From: Acidobacteriota bacterium
GTDB taxonomy: Bacteria > Acidobacteriota > UBA6911 > RPQK01 > JAJDTT01
Assembly (NCBI GenBank): GCA_965217775.1
Contig: CBDCJH010000002.1
Coordinates: 1,632,001 to 1,696,000, forward strand
Direction: 5' to 3'
Length of the DNA: 64,000 nucleotides
Part shown: in pieces, positions 10,887-20,184 of the stretch
Position numbering within the stretch: the first letter of the stretch is position 1
How the letters are laid out: each line of letters opens with the position of its first letter
Position numbers and translations under genes: made by a program
The notes under the pieces: model-generated
Databases searched by the model: none
What the model was told of the DNA's origin: nothing
Seen by the model: the letters and a program-made list of their open reading frames with translations, nothing else

Positions 10887-11321
10887 ATCCGGTTCGCACA
10901 CAGAGGGCTGCGGAGATTCTACCAGCCCGTGGCAAAAGTCGTCACGGCATTCGACCGTCCCTGCATCCCGGCGGACTGCGTTGCGATTCGGTCACATACA
11001 CCCGGTATGCTCCCGAATCGCGCCTTGTCCGGCGGGCGCAGGAACGGTCTCGGTGCTCGCGAGACTTTCACCACGGACTGCTACGAGCGGGACGATGCTC
11101 GCGGGCTGAACGCCGAACATGTACCCCGAATCAGACGTGCGCTGACCGCTCTGCAAGATGCACGCTCGCCTCGGAACCTGGACCTTCCTGGTTGGCGGCT
11201 TCACCGGCTCAAAGGGAATCGTCGCGGGCAATGGAGCGTGCGCATATCTGGAAATTGGAGAATTGTGTTCCGCTTCGAATACGGCGAGGCGGTCGATATC
11301 GAATTGATCGACTACCACTGA
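10887..11321 (+). pseudogene. higB: HigB (RelE-superfamily) toxin interrupted in frame by a MITE
   Basis: Removing 10923-11084 gives IRFAHRGLRRFYERDDARGL...GWRLHRLKGNRRGQWSVRISGNWRIVFRFE...LIDYH; no ATG/GTG/TTG in frame between TGA 10860 and the native N-terminus. Confidence 0.85.
10923..11080 (+). mobile_element. MITE-A, 158 bp, empty copy
   Basis: Imperfect TIRs CAGCCCGTGGCAAAAGTC / GACTTTCACCACGGACTG; 4-bp TSD CTAC (10919-22, 11081-84); second copy at 24568-26241. Confidence 0.9.
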
Positions 11322-11332
11322 GGAGGCGTGAA

Positions 11333-11593
11333 ATGGCCATGCGCAACCCATCGCACCCTGGAGAACTGATCCGTGAGAGCATGGAGGCAAAAGGCTGGAC
11401 AGTGACACAGTGCGCCCAGCACCTTGGCGTGGCCCGAAATACTTTGTCACGAACGCTGAACGGACGCGCTGGTGTTTCGCCCAGAATGGCTCTGGCCTTG
11501 GAGCGCATCGGTTGGAGCGATGCCGAACATTGGGTGCGGATGCAAGGGAGCTACGATCTGGCGCAGGCTCGACTGAGAGACGCAGCGGCGTGA
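11333..11593 (+). CDS. higA: HigA-family antitoxin (HTH)
   Basis: MAMRNPSHPGELIRE...LSRTLNGRAGVSPRMALAL...W..MQ..YDL; RBS AGGAGG. Confidence 0.93.
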   Translation: MAMRNPSHPGELIRESMEAKGWTVTQCAQHLGVARNTLSRTLNGRAGVSPRMALALERIGWSDAEHWVRMQGSYDLAQARLRDAAA

Positions 11594-11652
11594 GTCCAGC
11601 TTCAACTCCGGGTTTCAGTCTATTGTTTGCAGCGTTGACGTGGGGGAGGGAA

Positions 11653-12723
11653 ATGCGAATTCGGACTCTCTTGAGCGTTGTCTTGATCGCTTCCGTTGTC
11701 TGGCTACCCGGATGCCAGGCTGAGGAACCGGCGCCTCAGCTGCCTTTCTACAGAATTCCGCGAGACATCCAGGCCTTCTCACCGCAACCGATACGGGGGG
11801 AGGGAGTTCGGCCCAAGCTCATGGAGTTGTTGGGACTGGAGAGTCTGCCGACGATAGTAGCGGTCAATCGGGAAGAAACCGTTCCCGGTGACGACGGCGT
11901 CGATTCGACCCGCATCAGCTTCCTCAATTCACTGGGGGAGACCGTTCCCGGTCTTCTGATGATTCCCCAGGGGGCGGGACCGGAGACACTTCCCGGTATC
12001 GTCTGCATGCCCGGCACCAGCGGCAGCGTGGACCAGATCAGCGACGAACGTCTTTACCGGGAGGCCGATGGCCAGGGCCCGTTGAGGGGTTGGGCCCGGG
12101 AGCTGGCCCGAAGGGGATTCGCCACGCTCGCCATCAACGAGAAGGGAACCGTGATTCGGCGCCGGGTGTTCGAGGACTGGGAAAGAGAAGCCAAGATGCT
12201 GATCCCCTACGGACGGACCCAGATGGGCGTCCTGGTGGAGGAGGCCCTGAAAGCGGCGCGGGTGCTGGCGGCCGAGCCGGCGGTCGACCCGTCACGGGTC
12301 GGGCTCACGGGATTCTCGCTGGGCAGCTACGCGACCTGGATGGCCGCGGCCTGCGATCCCTCGATCCCCACGGTGGCGGTACTCTGCGGCGGTCTGGGTA
12401 CCCTCGCCGCCGTGATCCATGAGGGGGACCCGGACCGGTCCAGCTCCTTCAGCTACATCCCCCACATGTTGCGGTATTTCGACCATCCGGAGATCGTCGC
12501 CGCCGCCATCGCTCCCCGGCCCCTGATGATGCTGGCGCCCTTGCGGGACCCCGACATGCCCCGGTCGGGCGTGGACCGGCTCATCGAAGTGGTTCGCCCC
12601 GTCTACGAGGCACAGGGAATGGCGGACCGTTTTATGGTCTACCGCCCCGACGACGGCCACAACTTTCGCATCGAGTACTTCGAGTGGGTCGTCGAGTGGT
12701 TCAAAGCTCAGCTCGGAGAATGA
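11653..12723 (+). CDS. Exported alpha/beta hydrolase (dienelactone hydrolase/esterase-like), probable lipoprotein
   Basis: Signal ending LPGC; VDPSRVGLTGFSLGS nucleophile elbow; AIAPRPL; GHNF catalytic His. Confidence 0.85.
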   Translation: MRIRTLLSVVLIASVVWLPGCQAEEPAPQLPFYRIPRDIQAFSPQPIRGEGVRPKLMELLGLESLPTIVAVNREETVPGDDGVDSTRISFLNSLGETVPGLLMIPQGAGPETLPGIVCMPGTSGSVDQISDERLYREADGQGPLRGWARELARRGFATLAINEKGTVIRRRVFEDWEREAKMLIPYGRTQMGVLVEEALKAARVLAAEPAVDPSRVGLTGFSLGSYATWMAAACDPSIPTVAVLCGGLGTLAAVIHEGDPDRSSSFSYIPHMLRYFDHPEIVAAAIAPRPLMMLAPLRDPDMPRSGVDRLIEVVRPVYEAQGMADRFMVYRPDDGHNFRIEYFEWVVEWFKAQLGE

Positions 12724-12736
12724 CTCTCCGGGGAGA

Positions 12737-13522
12737 TCAATACCACCACCGTTCGTAGGCCAGGAACCCTCCGTCGACGACGATGGCCGTCCCGTTGACG
12801 TAGGTGCATTCGTCCGACGCCAGAAAGACCGCGGCCGACGCCACCTCCTCGGGCTTGCCCGGCCGCCTCAGCGGCACCGACTTCTCGATCCCGGTGCGCC
12901 TTCGCTCCTCGCTGAAAATGGGCAGGGCGCCTTCCGTCGCCGTCATTCCCGGCGCGATGGCATTGACGACGATCTTATGGTCGCCCAGCTCCACGGCCAT
13001 GGACCGGGTCAGGCCCATGACTCCGTGCTTGGCCGCGACGTAGTTGGCGCCCCCCAGATCGGCGCCGAAGCTGGCGGTGGACGCGATGTTGATGATCCGC
13101 CCCTCGATGCCACGCTGGACCATGTAGCGGGCCACGGCCTGGCTGCAGATGAAGAGACTGGTGAGGTTGATGTCGATGACCCGTCTCCAACTCTCCAAAT
13201 CGAGTTCCAGACATTGTGCAAACAGCTGCGGGTGATGCACCGCGGTCACGCCGGCATTGTTGACCAGGACGTCGATGCGCCCAAACTTCTCGGCGCAGGT
13301 CTCGACCAGATTCAGCACCTGGTCCGGAACGGTCACATCGGTGGGAATGGAAACGGCCTCACCCCCCTGGGCGGAGATTTCCTGACAGGTTCGGTCCCCG
13401 GCTTCGGGTCGGATCTCGCCGATCGCGACCCTGGCCCCCTCGGCAGCAAAGCGGAGTGCGATGCCACGGCCCAAACCGGTGCCGCCGCCGGTGACGATGG
13501 CCACCTTTCCGTCAAGTCGCAT
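12737..13522 (-). CDS. SDR-family NAD(P)-dependent oxidoreductase
   Basis: VTGGGTGLG, NNAG, YVAAK, VNAIAPG, VDGG. Confidence 0.93.
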   Translation of the reverse strand: MRLDGKVAIVTGGGTGLGRGIALRFAAEGARVAIGEIRPEAGDRTCQEISAQGGEAVSIPTDVTVPDQVLNLVETCAEKFGRIDVLVNNAGVTAVHHPQLFAQCLELDLESWRRVIDINLTSLFICSQAVARYMVQRGIEGRIINIASTASFGADLGGANYVAAKHGVMGLTRSMAVELGDHKIVVNAIAPGMTATEGALPIFSEERRRTGIEKSVPLRRPGKPEEVASAAVFLASDECTYVNGTAIVVDGGFLAYERWWY

Positions 13523-13764
13523 GGGGAGTGATTCCTCCAATCTCGAAGCTGGGAGACTGACGGGCCGGCCTTGGCCTCTTGATCCCGGCCGGACGCTCTC
13601 CGAGACTTCTAAAACGCCTTGGAGACTAGCACCCACCGGCACCGGAGACCAGTGAATCGGCCCTTGCGAGGTTGACAGCGTCCCAGTCCTTGCCAGTATG
13701 GACGCGCCGGAATACTCTTGACCGCTCCGGCGGCGAGACTGCACGCGAAAGAAGGAGATTTCGG

Positions 13765-15519
13765 ATGCGATCGGAGGGAAGAGAAGTGTCCTTGTTTGAA
13801 GCTCCGATCGCAAAATCCACATGGCGGCGTCTGCTGCTGGCAGGGTCTCTGAGCTTGTCGAGCTTATGCGTTGTCCGGCCGGCGTTGGGATCGGAGAACC
13901 CCGGATCCGGGATCGTCGACCTGTCCCTGATGGTGGCTCCCAACCTGCCGGCCACTTGGCCTCACCCCAAGGTCCCCAATTTCCAGATCAGTCACTACCT
14001 GAAGATCGGTCCCGGGGGAGCTTACAACAGCGATATTCTGACCATCGACGGCAACACCGGCACGCAACTGGACGTGCCGCCCCATTCGGTGGCGCGTCCC
14101 GAACTGGGTTTCCCCAACTCGGGGCCGTACGGACACATGTTCATCGACCGGGTCCCCCCCTGGCAGTTCGGCGGCGAGGCCTGTGTCGTGGATCTGAGAT
14201 CCCTTCGCGACGCCGCTCCAAAGGGGCACAGCGCCCTCATCGAAAGGAAGCATATCGAGGCCTGGGAGAGGGAACACCGGCCTCTACGGCCGGGCGATGT
14301 CGTCCTCTTCTACTCGGGCTACAGCGACCACTACTACAAGCCGTTACCAAGAGGCCGCCGCTTCATCGCCGCGGCCCTCGACGGCGACACTCCGGGTTGG
14401 CCCGATCCCAGCCCCGATTGCATGGAGTACCTGGCCGGCCGCGGCGTCAGAGCCCTGGGTACCGACAGTCCCAGCATGGGCCCGTTGCCGGATCTGGCCG
14501 AGCCCACGCACTACGCCGGCCTCAAGCACGGAATGATCTGGACCGAAGGCGTTATCGGGCTCGGGAAGCTACCCTCGACCGGCGCGTTCTATTGCATGTT
14601 GGGACCCAAACATTCCGGCGCGCCCTTTGGAGAAGGAAGAGCCTTCGCCATCGTGGAGAAACCGCTCGCGGCCCGGCTCGTCGATTCGGTGCGAAAGATG
14701 CGGGTGGTTGACCTTTCGGTGACCCTGGCGCCCGAGCTGCCCGTGACCTGGCCTGGAACCGCCACCGGGGAGCACCGCCATCCGTATCACCGGCTGGATT
14801 TCTGGTACATACCGCACCTCGATCTCCACAACCACACCCACATGTTGGACAGCCATGCCGGGACCCATCTGGTGCCGCCCTCGTATGCCCTGCCTCCCCC
14901 GGGATTCGACAACTCCAGCTATCCGCCGCGGGTTCAAGGATGGCTCGCCGAGTACGAGCGAGAGTACGGAACTCGAGGCACCAGCCAAGTCACCACCGAG
15001 CAGGTCCCCCTGTCCCAGACCATGGGCCCGGCCCGAGTCATCGACGTCCGGCATCTGCTGGGCTCGGTGGATTCGGATCGTTGGCCCGATTCCCCGAAAA
15101 TCACGGTCGCAGACATACGCAGATATGAAGCGGAGCGGGGCACCCTGAATCCAGGCGATATCGTCCTCTTTCACAGCGGCCACGTCCCTCGAACGTTCAA
15201 GCCCCACGCCGAAGGGGAGGCCTGCATGAGCGCTCCTCTGCAGGGAAAGAGTGAAGGCTGGCCGGCGCCAGGTCCCGAGGCCATCGCCTACCTGGCAGAG
15301 AAGGGAATCCGTTGCGTCGGCACCGACGGCCCGTCGCTGGGGGGTGTGAACCCCCAAAAGGCGCTGGCGACCTACTGGGCCTTGGGAACTCGGGGAATGG
15401 TCGGTGTCGAGTTTCTGACCCACGTGGGGGAAGTCCCGGAGGGAGCTTTTTTTCTCTTCGCCCCGGTAAAAATTCGAGGCTGTCACGGGGGACCGGGACG
15501 AGCCATCGCCCTATATTGA
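13765..15519 (+). CDS. Exported tandem cyclase-family (kynurenine-formamidase-like) protein
   Basis: Two cyclase domains (VDLS...TWP; NTGTQLDVPPH / HAGTHLVPPSY; GDVVLFYSG / GDIVLFHSG; GTDSPS / GTDGPS); N-terminal signal. Confidence 0.85.
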   Translation: MRSEGREVSLFEAPIAKSTWRRLLLAGSLSLSSLCVVRPALGSENPGSGIVDLSLMVAPNLPATWPHPKVPNFQISHYLKIGPGGAYNSDILTIDGNTGTQLDVPPHSVARPELGFPNSGPYGHMFIDRVPPWQFGGEACVVDLRSLRDAAPKGHSALIERKHIEAWEREHRPLRPGDVVLFYSGYSDHYYKPLPRGRRFIAAALDGDTPGWPDPSPDCMEYLAGRGVRALGTDSPSMGPLPDLAEPTHYAGLKHGMIWTEGVIGLGKLPSTGAFYCMLGPKHSGAPFGEGRAFAIVEKPLAARLVDSVRKMRVVDLSVTLAPELPVTWPGTATGEHRHPYHRLDFWYIPHLDLHNHTHMLDSHAGTHLVPPSYALPPPGFDNSSYPPRVQGWLAEYEREYGTRGTSQVTTEQVPLSQTMGPARVIDVRHLLGSVDSDRWPDSPKITVADIRRYEAERGTLNPGDIVLFHSGHVPRTFKPHAEGEACMSAPLQGKSEGWPAPGPEAIAYLAEKGIRCVGTDGPSLGGVNPQKALATYWALGTRGMVGVEFLTHVGEVPEGAFFLFAPVKIRGCHGGPGRAIALY

Positions 15520-15550
15520 GTTGGACAGGTAGAATCCCCACGAGTTGTCG

Positions 15551-16453
15551 ATGCGTTGCGTTCGTTTCATCTCTGTCCTGGGTTTCGGACTGACTCTGGG
15601 ATGCGGAGAGGCGCCGCCTCCGGAGACGTCGGAGCCGTACGAATTCACCTACGACTGGTTCACCAGCGCCGTTCCCGTCTGGACCCGGGTGTTGGCTCCC
15701 TACGCCGGACGGCCGGACATCCACTATTTGGAGGTGGGCGTCTTCGAGGGCCGATCCGCCATCTGGATGTTGAACAATATTCTGACCCATCCTACTTCAA
15801 AACTCACTGGAATAGATCTTTTTCCTGGGGACTTGAAGGAACGCTACTGGGCCAACCTCCAACTCTCCGGCGCCGCCGAGAAGGCCATCACCATCACCGG
15901 GCGGTCACAGGTCGAGCTCCGAAACCTGAAGCCCGATTCCTACGACATCATCTATATCGACGGTGGACACACGGGCGACATGGTCCTCGCGGATGCCGTG
16001 TTGTCCTGGGATCTGCTCAAGGTGGGGGGGCTCCTGATCTTCGACGACTACCGGTGGAAGAGAGAGGAATACCCGGCCGAAGTCCGGCCGGGCGTGAGTA
16101 TCGAGGCGTTCATCACAGCCTATCGGAACTTTCTGGAGTTGGTGCACCTGGACTACCAGGCCATCGTCCGCAAGCAGAAAGGTCCTGATCTGGCCGATCC
16201 GTACCTGACCATCCTCGGGGACTACGCCTACGCGTGGGAGGCTCGGGAACTCCGCCGCCGGGATGACGGGGAGCGGGTGGACCTTTCCGAAGCCGAGCGG
16301 GACCTCCTGGAGGACCTGATCCGGTCCCGCCCATTCGGAGAGACGGCCTTCGTGGCCGGTCCGGCTCAGGCTCTGGACAACGAACTCAGGGCCCTGGTCC
16401 ATCGTCTGGACCTGGAGCTGGACCTGAGGTGGATGGCAGGCGAAAACCCTTGA
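15551..16453 (+). CDS. Class I SAM-dependent methyltransferase (Methyltransf_24-like) with lipoprotein-like signal
   Basis: YLEVGVFEGRS, YDIIYIDGGH, LKVGGLLIFDDY; N-terminus FISVLGFGLTLGC. Confidence 0.85.
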   Translation: MRCVRFISVLGFGLTLGCGEAPPPETSEPYEFTYDWFTSAVPVWTRVLAPYAGRPDIHYLEVGVFEGRSAIWMLNNILTHPTSKLTGIDLFPGDLKERYWANLQLSGAAEKAITITGRSQVELRNLKPDSYDIIYIDGGHTGDMVLADAVLSWDLLKVGGLLIFDDYRWKREEYPAEVRPGVSIEAFITAYRNFLELVHLDYQAIVRKQKGPDLADPYLTILGDYAYAWEARELRRRDDGERVDLSEAERDLLEDLIRSRPFGETAFVAGPAQALDNELRALVHRLDLELDLRWMAGENP

Positions 16454-16510
16454 AACAGGCAGTCCGTGGTTCACTTGCGAGCACGCGCTGAAGACAACAT
16501 TCCTGCGTGA

Positions 16511-17689
16511 TTATCGCGTCCTCCGGTGAAAAACGCGGACCAGATTTCGGCCCAACCCCAGCAGGAACAGGGCGCCAGCCAAAAGGCTGATTCCCATGCA
16601 TGCGTGGAGCATTGCCGGGACCCCGACACTCTCTGCCACCGGGCCCAGAAGCCATCCCGCCACCGAGTTTCCCAAATCCAGGGCGCTGAAGTAGACGGCG
16701 ATGATCCGTGCACGATTCTCGTGGCCGGTGTGGTCCGAGACGAACGTGGTCATGGCGGTCATGTAGGCGCCGAAACCGGCTCCGTAGACGAATCCAGCGG
16801 CAGCCAGCGTGCCCATGGACTCGACTTCTCCGATCAGGAAAACACCGGCGATCAGTAGGATCTGGGCCATGAATCCGGCCGGGAGACGGCCGAAGCGGTC
16901 GGAAACTTGTCCCGAGACCAAGCGGCCCGAAAGAGCGGCCAGGGCAAAGCAGGTGAAGAAAACACCGCTGTTCCCGGTCAGGGTCCGACTCACGTGCAGG
17001 GGCAGAAAATAGAACGCTCCGCCGTGCACCAGCGCGTTCAGAAAGAGCAGCGTCGTCGCGACCAGAACGGGTCGGCCGACGCCGTGAACCCGTTCCCGGC
17101 CCGTCGGAGGATGGAGACTCTCGGGATGGACCTCTTCCACCACCCGCGAGAGTAGAGCGAGGCCGATCAGCGTCACGCCGGCAACGGTGGCAAAGAGGAC
17201 GTCGGCTCCCGCCCGCTCCAAAAGGATCACGGCCAACAACGGACCCGCCGACAGCACCGATGTGTGGCTCATCCCCAGGTAGGACAGGGACCGGCCTCGA
17301 CGCCGCTTGGGAGTCTGATCGATGGCCATGGTCGTGGTTGCCGTGATCAGCAGGGAGGACCCGATCCCTTGAAGAAACCGAAAAAGGACGTACCACGAGA
17401 CCTGCGGAACCCACGAGTAGAAGAGGACGGAGCCGCAGATGAGCAACGCTCCCAGGATGGCCACCCGTTTGCGGGACCGGGAGCCAAGCAGCCATGTCGC
17501 CAATGGTCGTCCCGCCAACACGCCGGCGGCGTAGCTTCCCATCACGAACCCGATCCGGCTCACCTCCACGTTCCGGCCGGCCAAGACCAAGGGGAGCCCG
17601 ATCAGGAGCAGGGCATGACAACAGGAGAAACAGACCCGGGCGGCCAGAAGGCGTCCGAAAGAAGTCAAAAACACTTTACTGGACGTCAT
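16511..17689 (-). CDS. MFS transporter
   Basis: About 12 hydrophobic segments; RFLQGIG; GQVSDRFGR motif. Confidence 0.9.
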   Translation of the reverse strand: MTSSKVFLTSFGRLLAARVCFSCCHALLLIGLPLVLAGRNVEVSRIGFVMGSYAAGVLAGRPLATWLLGSRSRKRVAILGALLICGSVLFYSWVPQVSWYVLFRFLQGIGSSLLITATTTMAIDQTPKRRRGRSLSYLGMSHTSVLSAGPLLAVILLERAGADVLFATVAGVTLIGLALLSRVVEEVHPESLHPPTGRERVHGVGRPVLVATTLLFLNALVHGGAFYFLPLHVSRTLTGNSGVFFTCFALAALSGRLVSGQVSDRFGRLPAGFMAQILLIAGVFLIGEVESMGTLAAAGFVYGAGFGAYMTAMTTFVSDHTGHENRARIIAVYFSALDLGNSVAGWLLGPVAESVGVPAMLHACMGISLLAGALFLLGLGRNLVRVFHRRTR

Positions 17690-17731
17690 ATCCGAGACGT
17701 TATCTAAAGCTCTACCTAAGCACTATCCCGG

Positions 17732-18949
17732 TCAACCGGAAAGCCGTATCCCGAAACAGGTGAGTAGCGGAGCGAGAACGGTATGGATCTCGAACGCCTT
17801 TCCGGCGGCACGGTTCTGGGATGCGATCCTTTGGTACCGGATCTCATCCCGGAACAGACCCCGGATCGCCTCAGACCAGTATTCGTGGCTGGTCAGGGAT
17901 TCGCACCAGAGCCGGTTTTCCTCCCCGACGGCCTCCCGGATTCCCCCGGAACGGGGTCCCGCACAATAAAGCACCGGCGTGCCTCTGGAGGCGAAGGTGA
18001 CGGAGGAGCTGCTGATGGCCTCGGTAAAGGGCTCCTTCCGCTCCAGACCGGATCCCATGAGCATGAGGTCCGTCCGGGCCGCCAGGGCCAGGACTTCCGG
18101 AAAGGAAAGGGGGCCGACCCAGGCGCGGCCTTCCGAGATCCGGTCGCCCAGGACTTGGCGGATCCGGCTCCGTTCGGCGCCGGAACCCGCCATCACCGCC
18201 CGGACGGACAGTTCCCGTTTCAACAGCGAGTCCAGGACCTCGGCAACCTTGAGAGCTCCTTTTTCCGCCGCCATCCGCCCGGCAAAAGCCACCAGCCGCC
18301 CCTCGACTGGCGGATCTCCGGGGAACAGTCTCTGCTCCAGACCCCGGGCTGCCGCCTCGAGAGTCTCCGGGGAAAAAGGATGGAATGTCACCGGCGCCAC
18401 GACTCCCGTCACAGGCAGGCCGATCTTCTTGGCCAGATCTTCAAGCCAGCCGGAGACGGTGAAGATGGCGTCGCACTGTTCCAGGGCCCGGCGGTATCGG
18501 CGGCCCGAATAAGTCTCTCCCCACGTTCTGCCCAACTCCAATGTATCGGTTCCCCGGAGCAGGCTCACCACCGGGATCGGCGGATCGAGACAGACGTTGA
18601 GGACATCCGCCATATAGCTCAGCGGAGAGATGGCCAGGACTCCCCGCACCCCGTCCGGGTACTCGCGAAGGATGCCGTCCACGGAATCGGCCACCACGCA
18701 GGAGCTCAGGCTGTGGGGCACTTTGGCCATGGGCTCGTACTGAACCTCGACGCGCCGGTAGCGGGAAGCGGCGACCGGGGGCGTGATCCGGACACTGTGG
18801 CGGGAGCCCTCCCGGGAGGAATGGGTGACGTGGACGACGGGAATTCCGGCCCGTCCCGCCAGAAATTCCGACAGTTGCCAGGAGAAAATGCTGTGTCCCG
18901 ACAGATAGGAATCAGGATTGCGGGAGATGATGACCAGCGGTTTGCTCAT
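17732..18949 (-). CDS. Glycosyltransferase family 4 (divergent, BshA-like N-terminal motif)
   Basis: VSLLRGTDT, CDAIFTVS, FAGRMAAEKG, MAGSG, GGIREAV. Confidence 0.75.
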   Translation of the reverse strand: MSKPLVIISRNPDSYLSGHSIFSWQLSEFLAGRAGIPVVHVTHSSREGSRHSVRITPPVAASRYRRVEVQYEPMAKVPHSLSSCVVADSVDGILREYPDGVRGVLAISPLSYMADVLNVCLDPPIPVVSLLRGTDTLELGRTWGETYSGRRYRRALEQCDAIFTVSGWLEDLAKKIGLPVTGVVAPVTFHPFSPETLEAAARGLEQRLFPGDPPVEGRLVAFAGRMAAEKGALKVAEVLDSLLKRELSVRAVMAGSGAERSRIRQVLGDRISEGRAWVGPLSFPEVLALAARTDLMLMGSGLERKEPFTEAISSSSVTFASRGTPVLYCAGPRSGGIREAVGEENRLWCESLTSHEYWSEAIRGLFRDEIRYQRIASQNRAAGKAFEIHTVLAPLLTCFGIRLSG

Positions 18950-20172
18950 GCCCGTGTCTCTTCGATCAGAGCCCGATACAGGGTCAAATGGTCGCTTGCG
19001 TACCGGTCCAGCGTCAAGCCGGCCGCGGTCTCCCGGGCCGCGGCAGCCAAGCTCAGCCGGCGGTCATCCGAGAGGAGAATCGACTCGACACCGCGGACCA
19101 GATCATGGATCCGATCTGGGGCAAAGACGATCCCGTTGACCCGATGGCGAACGTACTCCACGAGGCCTCCGTCGCCGGATACGGCGGGGCAACAGCCCAG
19201 GAGCATCCCTTCCAGGTGGCTGCGTCCCGCTCCCTCGTTTCGAGCCGGATAGACCACGATCTCTGCCGCGGCATAGAGCGCGCGCAGTTCGGCCGGGGAA
19301 AGCGTGTCCAGGAAGGTGACGTGGCCGTCGAGATCCAGGTCTGAGACCATCTGCTCCAAGCTGGTTTTGTAGGGAAGTCCTTCAGGAAGGGTCGGACCCG
19401 GCAGAGCCAGCCTTACCCCCAGGCCGGCCTGCCGGACGGCCCGGCTTCGAACCACGCCGTTCAGGCCCCGGATCAGAAACTCGTGGTTCTTCCGCGGTAT
19501 GAACCGCGCCGGGTACACCAGAAGCCGATCCATCGTTCCCGGCGCCAGCCGTCGCCGCCAGGCTTTGCGATCGCCGTCCGTGACGGCGTCCGGATTCCAG
19601 AAGTCGGGATCCACGAAGAACCCGCGATAGTCGACGCGGGGAACGCCGAAAGCAGCAGCCGAAAAACGGGTCACGGCGCAGACACGATCCGCCAGACGGC
19701 AAGACTCCCGTAGGATTTCGGCCATCTCCGTTGTCGCGGGCCGTCCCTCATGGTGGGTGATCACGGTGGGGATTCCTGCGTCTTTGGCGGTCTCCAGAGC
19801 CACGACCTGGATTCGGTGCCGAACCAGGTGGACGTGCAGGAGATCGGGCCGTTCCCGCCGCAACAGCTCCACCAGGTGACGCCGGAACGCGGTGCAGGCC
19901 GTGTCGGAGTCCATGTCGGTGCGTCCGGGGGTACGCATGGGAACGAGGCAGGGAAAGACCCGGATCGGGGTTTGCGCCTCGAACCAACGGCCGTGCCTAT
20001 GCCTGACTTGTCCTGCGGATTCGAGCGCCTCCATCTGCGACTCTCCTACCAGGAAGGTCTGGAGTACCTCGACCCGGCCGGTCCGGACCAGCGCCCGGTT
20101 CAGCGCGCGGAGATGACCCATCAGGCCTCCGGTGTTGACCAGGTAGTCGTGAGAGAAGCGAAGGACCTTCAC
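18946..20172 (-). CDS. Glycosyltransferase family 4
   Basis: GGLMGH, PDLLHVH, PARFIPRKN, LYAAAEIVVYPARNEGAGRSHLEGM, GGLVEYV. Confidence 0.88.
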   Translation of the reverse strand: MKVLRFSHDYLVNTGGLMGHLRALNRALVRTGRVEVLQTFLVGESQMEALESAGQVRHRHGRWFEAQTPIRVFPCLVPMRTPGRTDMDSDTACTAFRRHLVELLRRERPDLLHVHLVRHRIQVVALETAKDAGIPTVITHHEGRPATTEMAEILRESCRLADRVCAVTRFSAAAFGVPRVDYRGFFVDPDFWNPDAVTDGDRKAWRRRLAPGTMDRLLVYPARFIPRKNHEFLIRGLNGVVRSRAVRQAGLGVRLALPGPTLPEGLPYKTSLEQMVSDLDLDGHVTFLDTLSPAELRALYAAAEIVVYPARNEGAGRSHLEGMLLGCCPAVSGDGGLVEYVRHRVNGIVFAPDRIHDLVRGVESILLSDDRRLSLAAAARETAAGLTLDRYASDHLTLYRALIEETRA

Positions 20173-20184
20173 CGGGACGCGGCG

